Assembly: GCF_006345805.1 (NCBI RefSeq)
Contig: NC_043009.1
Span: 36,828,001-36,892,000 of the forward strand
Source of the DNA: Octopus sinensis
Lineage: Eukaryota
Length of the DNA: 64,000 nucleotides
Reading direction: 5' to 3'
The position numbers and the translations under genes are program-made. Below the pieces are notes generated by a model. That model was given only the letters and a program-made list of their open reading frames with translations, did not search any database and was not told the DNA's origin. Below are positions 1-11,360 of the stretch, piece by piece (the stretch's first letter is position 1; each line of letters opens with the position of its first letter).

Positions 1-290
1 TTTATTAGTTTTGTTTTCTTATTTTTGGTCAATTTATAATTTATTTTGTGTTCTGTTTTGTTTACTTTGCAATGGTGCAGGTCATTGCAGGATTATGTAA
101 AGATTGAAAGCATAAAAAAAAACAAAAAAAGATTCCAGATGACGGAATCACGAAAACAAAAACGAGGAAATAACAAGAGTAAGGATTGTTGCGAAATTAT
201 TCACATTGCAAAGGTCAAGTCATTTTTCTGTCTGTCTGTCTTTGCCCCTGTCTGTTTGTGTGTCTCTCTTTACATATATATAAAATTTTA

Positions 291-805
291 TCTATATATA
301 TATAAAACTGTAGTTGTGTGAGTGTCTGTCCCCTTCAATTTAGATCCCTAACTACTCCCACATTTTGCGGTGCAGTTTAACCAAATTCAGGTATCTTATA
401 GTCGTGATTAATATCGAGCCCATCTGAGTATTAGCGCGCGTCTACGATGAGTCTACGATTTTAAAAATAATTTAACATCATTTTTTATTCCATTTTAATG
501 CATAATTTTTCGTGTGCCGATGGCGGCGGAGTTGGCGTCCATGGTCACACCTGCACCTGTTTGCTTCTCCCCCTTCTTCCCTCCCTCGTGAAGCTGTGGG
601 GAAGGGAGTGTAAGGAAATCAACGTCGTAAAGCGTTGTCAAGGAGACCAGCGTTCTTTTAGAACAACGACTTCATGGCTTGAAGACACCAAAACAGAAAT
701 GGCTAAGAAAGCCCGAATTGGCATCTATAAGGGAAGTAACTCTCTAAAAATGCTTATATAGTTATTTCCCTTACAAACCCGAGCAACGCCGGGCGATACT
801 GCTAG
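291..805 (+). mobile_element. Non-autonomous Helitron, family A, copy 1
   Basis: A|TCTATATATATAAAA 5' end at 291; 3' hairpin CCCG-agcaacgc-CGGG (778-793) then CTAG|T at 802-806; inserted in an AT dinucleotide without TSD; related copies at 17175 and 51609. Confidence 0.85.
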
Positions 806-844
806 TAATTAATAAATAATTATAATAGAGGGTACACTAAGTAC

Positions 845-965
845 CAGCTCGTCTACAGAATTCATATTTTTTCTGTCCAAATGATTTTGAGGACTGAAGA
901 GTAAATGATAATCAGTTTGGACAGTGTCTGACGAATATGGTGCATTCCAAGAATTTTTGACCTTT
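845..965 (-). mobile_element. mariner transposase C-terminal relic
   Basis: Minus strand reads PYSSDTVQTDYHL (degenerate PYSPDLAPSDYHL) and LDRKNMNSVDE; similar to sequence near 27110-27160. Confidence 0.6.
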
Positions 966-1029
966 TAGGAGTTGCAGTTATAGCTGTCCTGGATCATTGT
1001 AGTTCAAATGGCCAGCCTTTTCACATTCT

Positions 1030-1114
1030 CTGCCACACCGAAACTCCTTGAGAACTACTTTAAGGGTACGCGTGCCTGTGGAGTGCACAGCCACTTGCAT
1101 GTTAATTTCACGAG
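1030..1114 (+). mobile_element. SINE 3' tail fragment (tail X)
   Basis: gagaactactttaagggtacgcgtgcctgtggagtgcacagccacttgcatgttaatttcacgag matches the tail of the SINE at 63663-64000. Confidence 0.7.
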
Positions 1115-1199
1115 TTAATTTCGGATAAACTGCAAACGCCGTCGTTGAAACCGACGGACTACCAGACATACAGATATAGCTTATCATTGTTATACATCT

Positions 1200-1963
1200 A
1201 ATAAGCCGGTTTGCTAACTTTTGTTATTCAAGATTGAAAGAGACGGTTTTAACAGCACTTTGAACACAGCTTACAAAACACTGGTTGTCACAGCTGATCA
1301 GTTTGTAGAATGCAGCTGAGACGTGAAGACAGTTTGGGAGCTCGCTATGCAACAGAGTTTTGTTAAGCTGAACGAAAACGCCACAGAAACTTAAGAAATG
1401 CTTCGGACTGTTTATGGATTAACTAGTATGTATCAAGCGTCTGTTTTTCGCTGCCGTAAGAGGTCACCGAGAGGATCATGATGGTTCTCTTTTCCTACAG
1501 CAAGGGCATCATCCATAACCACTGAGTTCGCGCTGGCCAAACAATCAACAAAGAGTACATTGTAAAGGTTTTGGCGGAACCCAGGAGAAAATTTCATCGT
1601 AAAATACTTGAATACTTGCAGCAGGACAGTGCATTATTCTATAATTCTATCCTGATAACTAATTGCTAGACAACTGGGCATCAGAACTGTAATTCACCCT
1701 CCCTACAGTTCAGATTTTGCTCCTCATGACTTTTAGTTGTTTCCTAAGCCGAAGGAGAAGTTGAAGGAGACTGTAACAAAGTCCTGGACATCTTGACTTT
1801 GGAGTACTCCCATGGGGCCTTCACGAAGTAACAGGAGCGCTGCAACAAGTGCATAAAAATAAGAAGATCCTCCTTTGAAGAAGATTAGATTTTTGTACAT
1901 CTTTGAAATTAATAAATGTCTCTCCTGAAAAAAAGCCTCAGAACTTCTAGAGTGCACCTTGTA
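1200..1963 (+). mobile_element. Decayed, internally deleted mariner transposon
   Basis: Disrupted peptides FVKLNENATET*EMLRTVYG, GQTINKEY, HPPYSSDFAPHDF*LFPK, ERCNKCI; TIR-like end gaacttctagagtgcaccttg|ta near 1963; left boundary approximate. Confidence 0.8.
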
Positions 1964-2656
1964 TGTATGCGTGTGTTTGTTTGAATATATTCAATGAATG
2001 AGAAACATATTTATTCTCAATTTATTCGCTCTTTCTATCAATGCATGTGCATCTATATTTCTTCGCATATTTATGTCGATGTAAACATGTACGGATGTAT
2101 ATATTTATATGTGAATATCATTGTCTAAGCTACTAGATACGGAAGTGAGTGCACATGTGCGCACGCATGTGTATCTGTGTGCATAATCGTATATGTATGT
2201 GCTTCTCTATGTTCAGGCATGCGGATTTGTAATAACCAAATAACGAAATACAGAAGCGACAGGCAGGCAGCATAAATAGTAGTAATAGTTACAGGATATA
2301 TAAAACTAGGTTATATAGACTACTTTCTTGACGTTTATATCCCTATTAAAGAATAATTCCTTTTGATGTTCGCCGGCGAAAAGGAGTAGCAAAATATTTT
2401 TGTAATTAATAAATATATTTGCTTAAAAGTTATCCAATTCTTTTGATCGGATCACGCAAACGAGATCAGAAAACAAAGTCTGGGTCAACTTTAATGAATT
2501 GGTCTTTGCTGCTACACAACCTTAAACTGAATTTACACTTCCTTCACAGATTAAATTTCCGCCATTGAAACTAGAGCCTTTGTGCTCAAAATATTCCACA
2601 AAAGTTGATAAAAACCAGGCTTTAGTTAATCAATAGACTGACTTAAGGCAAATGCA

Positions 2657-2686
2657 CATACATACATACATACATACATACATACA

Positions 2687-2722
<36 letters not shown>

Positions 2723-2893
2723 TACATGAAATACATGTATGTTATATATGTGTAAGTGTGAGTGTGCGTGTATATTTGTATGTTAATTGTATTACACACT
2801 AATGCTTTCAGATACGTACACCCAGATACATGTGCGCACACAAACATATAAACATTGATATGTTACGCTATTATATATATATATATGTATATA

Positions 2894-2952
<59 letters not shown>

Positions 2953-2973
2953 ATATATAATATATAATAATAT

Positions 2974-3016
<43 letters not shown>

Positions 3017-3104
3017 GTATATGTATGTGTGTGTATGTGTATGCGTGTGTATGTCTGTGCGATTGCATGTGCTTATGTTTGTGTAATATACATACATACA
3101 TATA

Positions 3105-3172
<68 letters not shown>

Positions 3173-3180
3173 TATACACA
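2657..3180. repeat. (TACA)n and (TA)n microsatellites
   Basis: Directly visible; source of spurious YIYI/MYVC ORFs. Confidence 0.95.
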
Positions 3181-3644
3181 CACATATATGAAGAGAACTT
3201 AACTGAGTGAGAGTGAGAGAGTGAAAGATAAAAGAGACTACTTAGGAAATAGAAAAATATTAAATCGTTAGCTACTAATACAGGTGGAATTTTAAGGTTT
3301 ATGAACAACAAACCGGCTTATCTAGAATTAAAGACACTCATTCAACATCTAACCTTTCACTGCTCCTACAGTATGTGTGTGTGTGTATGCATGTATGAAT
3401 GCATGTATCGACTTGGGTGAATCCAGTTGGTAGTTCTTTAATTCAGACATTGTTTAAATCACGGATTGAGCTGTGTGTCTTGTAGTTCCTCAGAATGTGT
3501 AAATGGCTGTGGAGCAGGTTCAATAGTGAAAGCAGGGGTAGGGGGGATTGTTAGTGTTTATTTATCCCACGTACTCGTACCCAAACCATAGCCGAGGAAG
3601 AAAGGGAGTAAACACAAACACACACATAGCTCCCCACCCCCACG

Positions 3645-3761
3645 TGATTGGTCGGACAGAGGCAATAGTAGAAGACACATGCCCAAGGTGTGGCACAGTA
3701 CGAGGGGACTCGAAACCACTTATTTGCAAGGCAAGCTTCCTAACCACACAGCAATGCCTGC
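3645..3761 (-). mobile_element. Old tRNA-derived CORE-like SINE head
   Basis: Reverse complement gcaggcattgctgtgtggttaggaagcttgc...caccttgggcatgtgtcttctactat resembles the SINE at 8690. Confidence 0.7.
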
Positions 3762-3890
3762 AACTGTACGTATGTATGCATGTATGTATGTATGTATGTA
3801 TGTATGTATGTATGTATGTATGCATGCATGTATGTATGTATGTATGTATGTATGTATGTATGTATGTATGTATGTATGTATGTATGTATG

Positions 3891-4868
3891 TGTTGTGTCT
3901 CGTTGACACTGTTATGTCCTTCTTTGAACTCCCTGTATATGCCACTTTATAACATGGACTTATAACAAAGTTATAACAATACAAATATCAATCAGAAACA
4001 ACACCTAACAAACAATATCTTTTCTCAAAGACTTCTACGACTGTCTTCACAAAGCGCCTTTACGCACCATAATGTCCCCCACTGACAATACACATGCGTC
4101 TTTATACGGTTTAGGTCAGTTGACTTGCTATCCCACAGAGGTGTCAAGATTACACCACATCTCCCTTTTTTGAGTTTGGCTTTCATTGGAAGTCAATAAT
4201 TGTCTTTTATTTATTTTCTTTGTTACCATCTCCCCCTTTTTTGCAATTCCCCTGGAAGAAATTGGAAAATTCTTTTCGCTTTGGGTCTACTTGCAAAAGT
4301 TCTGTTTGTTTTCTTTTCCTAGTCGCTGTACTCACTGATTCGATCATTTCTTGAGGTATCGGGACGTCAAAAATGTCATAAAGAAATTCCATTGGCTCTT
4401 CATGCCTAAATCACTTTTTCGTACACCTTTTTTCCAATTGGTTTACGTGTCTCTTGTGTTCCCATATATGACCTTTTACCATGTACATTATTTTTCCTAA
4501 ACGTTTACGTATTATACCTTCTTCCCAATTTTCCTTTCCGTTTCTGTATATTAAAAAAGAAAACCCTTGTCACCGATTTTGAAGTATTTCATTTCATCTT
4601 CGTCGCCGCTGTTGTGTCTCGTCGACACTGTTATGTCCTTCGTTGAACTCACTGTATGTGCCACTTTATAACGTGGACTTATAACAAGGTTATAACAATA
4701 CTAATAACAATCAGAAAGAACACGTAACAAACAATATCTCTTCTACAACTGTCTTTACAAAGCGCCTGTACACACCACGCAGTTCCCCCACTGGCAATGC
4801 GCATGCGCATTTATACGGTTTAGGACAGTTGACATGCTATCCAACAGGGGCGTCAGGATTTCACTACA
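3891..4868 (-). mobile_element. Miniature LTR retroelement (internally deleted Gypsy-like / TRIM-like)
   Basis: Direct repeats 3891-4159 and 4610-4868, both TG...CA; minus-strand PBS CGGCGACGAAGATGAAAT (4591-4608) resembling the complement of the tRNA-Ser(GCU) 3' end; PPT AAAAAAGGGAGA (4160-4171) abutting the 3' LTR. Confidence 0.85.
4207..4530 (-). pseudogene. Gypsy-type integrase C-terminal remnant
   Basis: Reads NWEEGIIRKRLGKIMYMVKGHIWEHKRHVNQLEK then, after a frameshift, ...TATRKRKQTELLQVDPKRK; matches the W..G.I..R.G...Y.V....KRH.NQL pattern of Gypsy integrase C-termini. Confidence 0.65.
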
Positions 4869-5344
4869 ACGCTACGTTTGTATGTATGTATGAATGTATG
4901 TATGTATGTATGTATGTATGTATGTATGTATGTATGTATGTATGCATGTATGTATGTACGTAAGCTGACAATATTCGATGATGTAGACTAGTTCTTTTCG
5001 AGTTTATGTTCTCCATGTTCAGATAGTGGGACTAGATTTGTGCAAATCTTTACTGCTATTTCGGCCGCTGGTCATTTGCCCAACTACAGCCAACGAATCT
5101 AGTCAATACACAAGACAGCTATTATGCCCCCCCCCCAAAAAAAAAAAACCACCACGTGGACTCTGATGAGACTAGTAAGGAACAATTATGAACATTTTTA
5201 TTACACTTAACTTTTAAAAATATTTTTGATAAGATTCGTTTTTTCAAGAAGAACCGAAACGTGTAAATTTTTTTAGAAAATTAAAATTAATTTTATATAG
5301 TGGCGTTTTCAAACTTCTTTATATTATATATATATATATATATG

Positions 5345-6129
5345 GTAGCATTATGACCCGTCTTTGCCGAGTTATAGCGCTAGTGCATGTATATATGTGT
5401 ATATATATGTGTACATATTACATGTACATATATATATATATACATCTACACATAAAATACAAAATACAAAGTTATATCTTGATATCGCTAGTGATAACAG
5501 TACTGAAAATATATAACAGACTGGAATTGTAGGACTATTCCATTTCTGCACGCTAATTTTATTTTTTATTCCCATTCAAGTGAAACCACTTATTCAAGTT
5601 CAAATCCTTGATGCAATTTTATACCAATTGCTATTTTTACTTTTGTTATGTTACGATTATATTATACTTTAGTTTGATTTTAATTATTACTTACTACATA
5701 TAATTCAATTGTTATTATTATTTTTATTGTTAAAGTGAAAGTATCTGACATGAAATAGAGAAATGTTTTTGTTTCACTTTTAACACGTAATACTGAAATA
5801 GTGGAGAAGATATGATATTGCTATGGGTTGGCCCTAGGCAAGAAGTTGAACATTTTTTTCGCCCATGAAACTACATGGACCCTAAGTAAGGGATGTGTAA
5901 AATTTGAATGAAATTGGTTGTGTAGTTCTCAAGTTTTAGGGAATCGTAGTGGAGAAGATATGATATTGCTGTGGGCTCGCCGTAGGCAAAAAGTAAAAAA
6001 AAATTTTGCCGATGACACTCCCCGGACCCTAAGTAAAAGATGTGTAAAATTTGAATGAAATTGATTGTGTAGTTCTCAAGTTTTAGGGAAACACACAGAC
6101 ATACAGACAGACACACACAGACACACACA

Positions 6130-6178
<49 letters not shown>

Positions 6179-6201
6179 TCTCAGTTTTATATATGTAGAG
6201 A
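5345..6201 (-). mobile_element. Non-autonomous Helitron, family B
   Basis: Minus 5' end A|TCTCTACATATATAAAACTGAGAAT followed by (GT)n; 3' imperfect palindrome tagcattatgacccg...cgagttatagcgcta at 5346-5382; internal 148-bp tandem duplication (5799-5943, 5947-6090). Confidence 0.7.
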
Positions 6202-6396
6202 TAACTAGATAAAAAGATAGCTAACCAGATTGATAAACAGATATAGGCAATTAAATCCCGTATTATTATAAAATTTCCATTAAAAAATTATTTTGGTACG
6301 ATGAACTTTCAAAATTGTCATGTATAATCATAAACGTAGGGTATCTGGAAAAACTACAGGATTAAAAGCAAGACCAATTGAAGAACGGATGAATTC

Positions 6397-6496
6397 GACC
6401 ATCTACTTCCGCAAACGACCATCCAATTCCACAAACGACTATCCACTTCCGCAAACGACTATCCACTTCCGCAAACGACCATCAACTTCCGGAAGA
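6397..6496 (+). repeat. 20-bp tandem repeat x5 (GACYATCCACTTCCGCAAAC)
   Basis: Unit starts at 6397, 6417, 6437, 6457, 6477. Confidence 0.9.
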
Positions 6497-7328
6497 AATT
6501 GACAAACCGTCCCAATATCTCTACCAAGAAAACAATATGATATCGTTAGAACAAGGTAACGCTCTGGCTTTATTCGATGGCAGAGCTCGTACTTAATCGG
6601 AAAAAAATCTTTCGTTTGTAGTGTCACAACACAAAGCAAGCGATACATGACTACGACGATCATAAAACATTCACACACATACATACACACTCACATATTC
6701 AAATAAAATATTTATGCAATTCTATCAGAAGTAATCCCGAGGCTTTGTCTCAAAAGGTAAACCTGTCTATCATTAGTCAGAACTAATATGGCCTCAGACC
6801 ATACAGCTTGCTGTTTATCTCAATGAAATGTTTATGTGTCTACATACCAAAGCTCAGATGAACACAACTCAATAATTATAGACAGGTTATTGCTATCCAT
6901 CAGTTCATTTGATTTCAATGTCTGCTGCTAAGAGGATTACAGAATATAGCGAATGATCCTTTTACATCATTGGGGTCAAGGCTGATTTGTCTTATGATCT
7001 CTTTTCTGGCTTCACTTATGACATGTATGTGCTTGTGTATTTTTGTGTGCTTGTATGTATGTGTTTGTGATTGCGTGTGTGCTTCTGTAGGCACACACGC
7101 AAACTTTATATATTCCATTTCATTATTCATATTTCAGTTTGTAAGTTGTCGAAAATTCTATATTTGCGTAGATGTATAAAATAAAATTAACGTAGAGAAA
7201 AATTAAATCTACTCTCTAACGATATGCCAAATGAACGCCACACATATACAAAAACACGCATACATACATACGTACGTGCATACTTACATACATACATACC
7301 ATCTTTAAACATATCTATCTACCTATGT

Positions 7329-7417
<89 letters not shown>

Positions 7418-8039
7418 ATTTGTCTGTCTGTCTATGTATGTATGTATGTATGTATCTATTTTTCTATCTATGTGTGTGTGCTCATGCGCGCGCGTGTGTC
7501 AGCAAATATAATATTTTGATTTTGGTAAATCGGATTATTTCTTTCTACATTACATTAGTCTCGTTGGCATTAAGTTAGTCTCAAATAATTGTTGTTTAGG
7601 CTATTGAAAGGTGACTGGTGCCTGTCACTTGGCCATATGGTTATTGACCCCGTTGGTTAGGTGATTGTCGGTGATTCGCTGTGTTGTCATAATGCCTGTT
7701 CGATTTCACTTTGCCTCAGAGAAATTCACGTGGGTATTCCCTTGTCGATAGATATCAACACACAATGTCGTTTTGTGGTTAATTATGTAGTTGTCAGTGT
7801 TGTTTATGGTGCTCGTTCTTTTCGAAAGACTCTCCTTTAAGGTTAATAACATAGTTGATATATGACGGCAAGTTGAGATTATCTCGGATCTTTAATTTAA
7901 GATTGAGACGAGTAACAGATGCTATTTAGTATACTGGGCAATATTTGAGGGATTTTTAGATCTTGCATATCATGCATTAAGATTTCTGTGAAAAGTGCCC
8001 CACTTTGTTTTTGAATCAAGTTTATCAAAAAGTATATGC

Positions 8040-8070
<31 letters not shown>

Positions 8071-8334
8071 TGTATGTATGTATGTATGTATGTATGTTTG
8101 TATGTATGTATGTATGTATATATGTATGTATGTAAGTATGCAGGGCCGGCCTTAAGCCGATTGGTCCGATTGCTCCCGATCGGGCCCGCGCTGAAGGGGC
8201 CCCGCGCTGTGTGTAGTGAGAAAGAAAATGATGGGGGAGGTGATAGAAAATTTCTTGTCTCTTGTTCAATGGCATTCAACTCGGTTTTGGACAATCACAA
8301 ACACAGCCACACACAAGTCACAAACACATACAGC

Positions 8335-8365
<31 letters not shown>

Positions 8366-8689
8366 ACAGTCAGACAGACAGACACACACACGCACATGGG
8401 GTTATGGTAGGAGACATTTGGTGTCACACATTAGTGCTAAATCCAGAAACTTATAGCTAAGAAACAAAGCTCTTGCCATACAGACAGAATTATGTTTTAC
8501 AACAGAGCTTATAGAAAAAAATAATCAGTAAATATCTAACCAGCTTCCGGAAAATTCTAATTAATAGTCATCATTAATTTGTATTTTATGTATATCTCTT
8601 TTAGCGTAACAACATGCAACAAATAAAGTTTCTTTGGGATCTTGTTAAATTTCTTTCCGATTTTTACCAGAATAATTTTAATACGCATA

Positions 8690-8851
8690 GGCGCAGGAGT
8701 GGCTGTGTGGTAAGTAACTTGCTAACCAACCACATGGTTCCGGGTTCAGTCCCACTGCGTGGCATCTTGGGCAAGTGTCTTCTGCTATAGCCCCGGCCTA
8801 CCAATGCTTGTGAGTGGATTTGGTAGACGGAACTGAAAGAAGCCTGTCGTA

Positions 8852-8907
<56 letters not shown>

Positions 8908-9150
8908 TTTGTGTGTGTGTGTGTTGTGTGTCTGTGTTTGTCCCCCTAGCATTGCTTGACAACCGATGCTGGTGTGGTTACGTCACCGTCACTTAGCGGT
9001 TCGGCAAAAAGAGACCGATAGAATAAGTACTGGGCTTACAAAAGAACAAGTCCCGGGGTCGAGTTGCTCGATTAAAGGCGGTGCTCCATCATGGCCGCAG
9101 TCAAATGACTGAAACAAGTAAAAGAGAGAGTAAAAGATAGAGTAAAGAGT
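8690..9150 (+). mobile_element. tRNA-derived SINE with CORE-like domain and internal (TA)n/(TG)n tract
   Basis: Head ggcgcaggagtggctgtgtggtaag...ggttccgggttcagtccc; CORE-like ggcatcttgggcaagtgtcttc; tail ending in (gtaaaaga)n; similar copies at 39914 and 56541. Confidence 0.85.
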
Positions 9151-9665
9151 AGTTCAGATGTAGTTTAAATTTATAGGTTAACAACACCCAACTCGATTTT
9201 CTTTTTCTTGAGCTATCAACTAATCTCTTCTCCTAATATACTGCAAATGACTTTTTTGCACCGAAAGCGGAGGGCGGGGGTCTCGGAATCCCCCTTCACC
9301 TCGGAGCTATTTTTTTCATTTCATTTTTTTTTTTTTCGTGTGCTTTCAACTAATCTCCTAGTATACTGCAAATGACTTTTTTTCCCCTTTGCGGCGTATT
9401 AGAAGATCAGAATAGTGGCTGTTCTTTTAAAGCCTAATTACTGCTATTTCTAGCATACTAAACAACCTAGACGAGGACCGGCTACCTTTGAGTTTATTTA
9501 AAAGAAAGAGAAAAATGCTTTATACAACAGATTCCGATATAATCATAATCTGCATCATCTGAGACGTATATGTAGAAAATTTTAATAACAAATTATCCAT
9601 GTTTCAGAAAGTTACCACACAACACACACACACACACACACACACATTTGATTATATACAAAGAT

Positions 9666-9783
<118 letters not shown>

Positions 9784-9804
9784 GCATGTCATCATTATCA
9801 TCAT

Positions 9805-9965
9805 TTACGTCTGTTTTCCATGCTGGCATGGGTTGGATGATTTGACAGGAGCCAACAAGCCAGGGGCTACATCTGGCAGCCGTCTGGTCTGGCATGTTTT
9901 TTGGGGCTGGATGCTCTTCCTAACGCCACCACTTTACAACGTGGACTGAGCGCTTTTACGTGGCA
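9805..9965 (-). mobile_element. RTE-type LINE/SINE 3' tail fragment
   Basis: ggctggatgctcttcctaacgccacc is the reverse complement of a typical RTE 3'-UTR motif (from memory). Confidence 0.45.
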
Positions 9966-10615
9966 GCGTACGGTACCATAGTTTCAACGACTGGATTTTA
10001 TATTTTTATGATTTTTATATTTTTTTGATACTATAGACCTTGGTGCAAGTTGACTGAGAACCTGGGGACCAACAAAGTTGTTGCCAACTCGGCTCCACAC
10101 CTCCCAAGGCCGGCCCTGTATGTATGTATGTTGTATGTATGTATGTATGTATGTATGTATGTATGTATGTATGTATGTATGTATGTATGTACGTACGTAT
10201 GTATGTATGTATGTATGTATGTATGTATGTATGTATGTATGTATGTATGTATGTATGTATGTAGGTAGGTAGGTAGGGAGGTAGGTGAGTGCTATTGGAT
10301 TAGTTAAATCCATATACTAAGCATTATATATATTGTTACGTATGTATATATACAAGTTTATGTGTATTTATGTATGCGTGGATGTACATATATATGTGTG
10401 TGAGTGTGTGTGTGTAGAATATGTAGGTACATAATATGCATGCATGTATGCATGTATACACACACGCACACACATTCACACTCACACACACACACACTTG
10501 TGTGTGTGTATATGTATATATATACACATGTATATATTTCTTAGTATATATATATATATGATTATATATATATATATGTATATATACATATTTATATATT
10601 TCTTTGTATTTGTAT

Positions 10616-10657
<42 letters not shown>

Positions 10658-11021
10658 CAGAGGATAGAATGAAAAGTAGAAGTACGGAAAGGTCAACCTG
10701 TGTAGGTGGAAGTTGATTAAGGTAATCTAAAACTTTTGATTACATCGATTCCTTCAGCTTATGTTATTCAACCGTATTTGACCTTCTATATTTCGATTTC
10801 CTTCCTCTCCCCATTATTCGTTTCATTCTGTTCAATCTATACCATGGCATCGTGCATACATTCCAATATCATTTCGTTCTTTTATAATATGTGTTGTTTT
10901 TTTTTTACTCACAAAATTATCAGAGACACCATAACTGAATTTTGAAGTATCTGAGTTATCGTCCCTGATGCATTTACAGAAACCTGTGTTCGCGCGCACA
11001 CTGATATTCACACAACACGCA

Positions 11022-11077
<56 letters not shown>

Positions 11078-11310
11078 TTTTCGAGATACTCTCGTTCATT
11101 ACGTTTCATCTCGTTGTGTCTTGGCAATCATATCAGTTCTTTATCTGATTATTTGTTTTTGTAGACAAATGTTGCACTTTTCCTGCAAACTACATGCTGG
11201 AAACTAAAGTTTGTGCATACCGAGTTCTGTATAAAGTCTTTCCACAACGCACACACACGCACATGTAGGTGCACACACATGCAAGCATACACAGACATAC
11301 GGCATATATG

Positions 11311-11360
<50 letters not shown>

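Noticed and set aside
5155-5195. CTGATGA-gact-agta-ag-GAAC-aatt-atg hammerhead-like string
   Set aside because: 3' arm of stem II, GAAA and the cleavage triplet are all broken and no stem I partner is present; at most a heavily decayed relic
7590-7910. Possible LINE ORF1-like relic on the minus strand
   Set aside because: Only a vague compositional resemblance with multiple stops and no diagnostic motif
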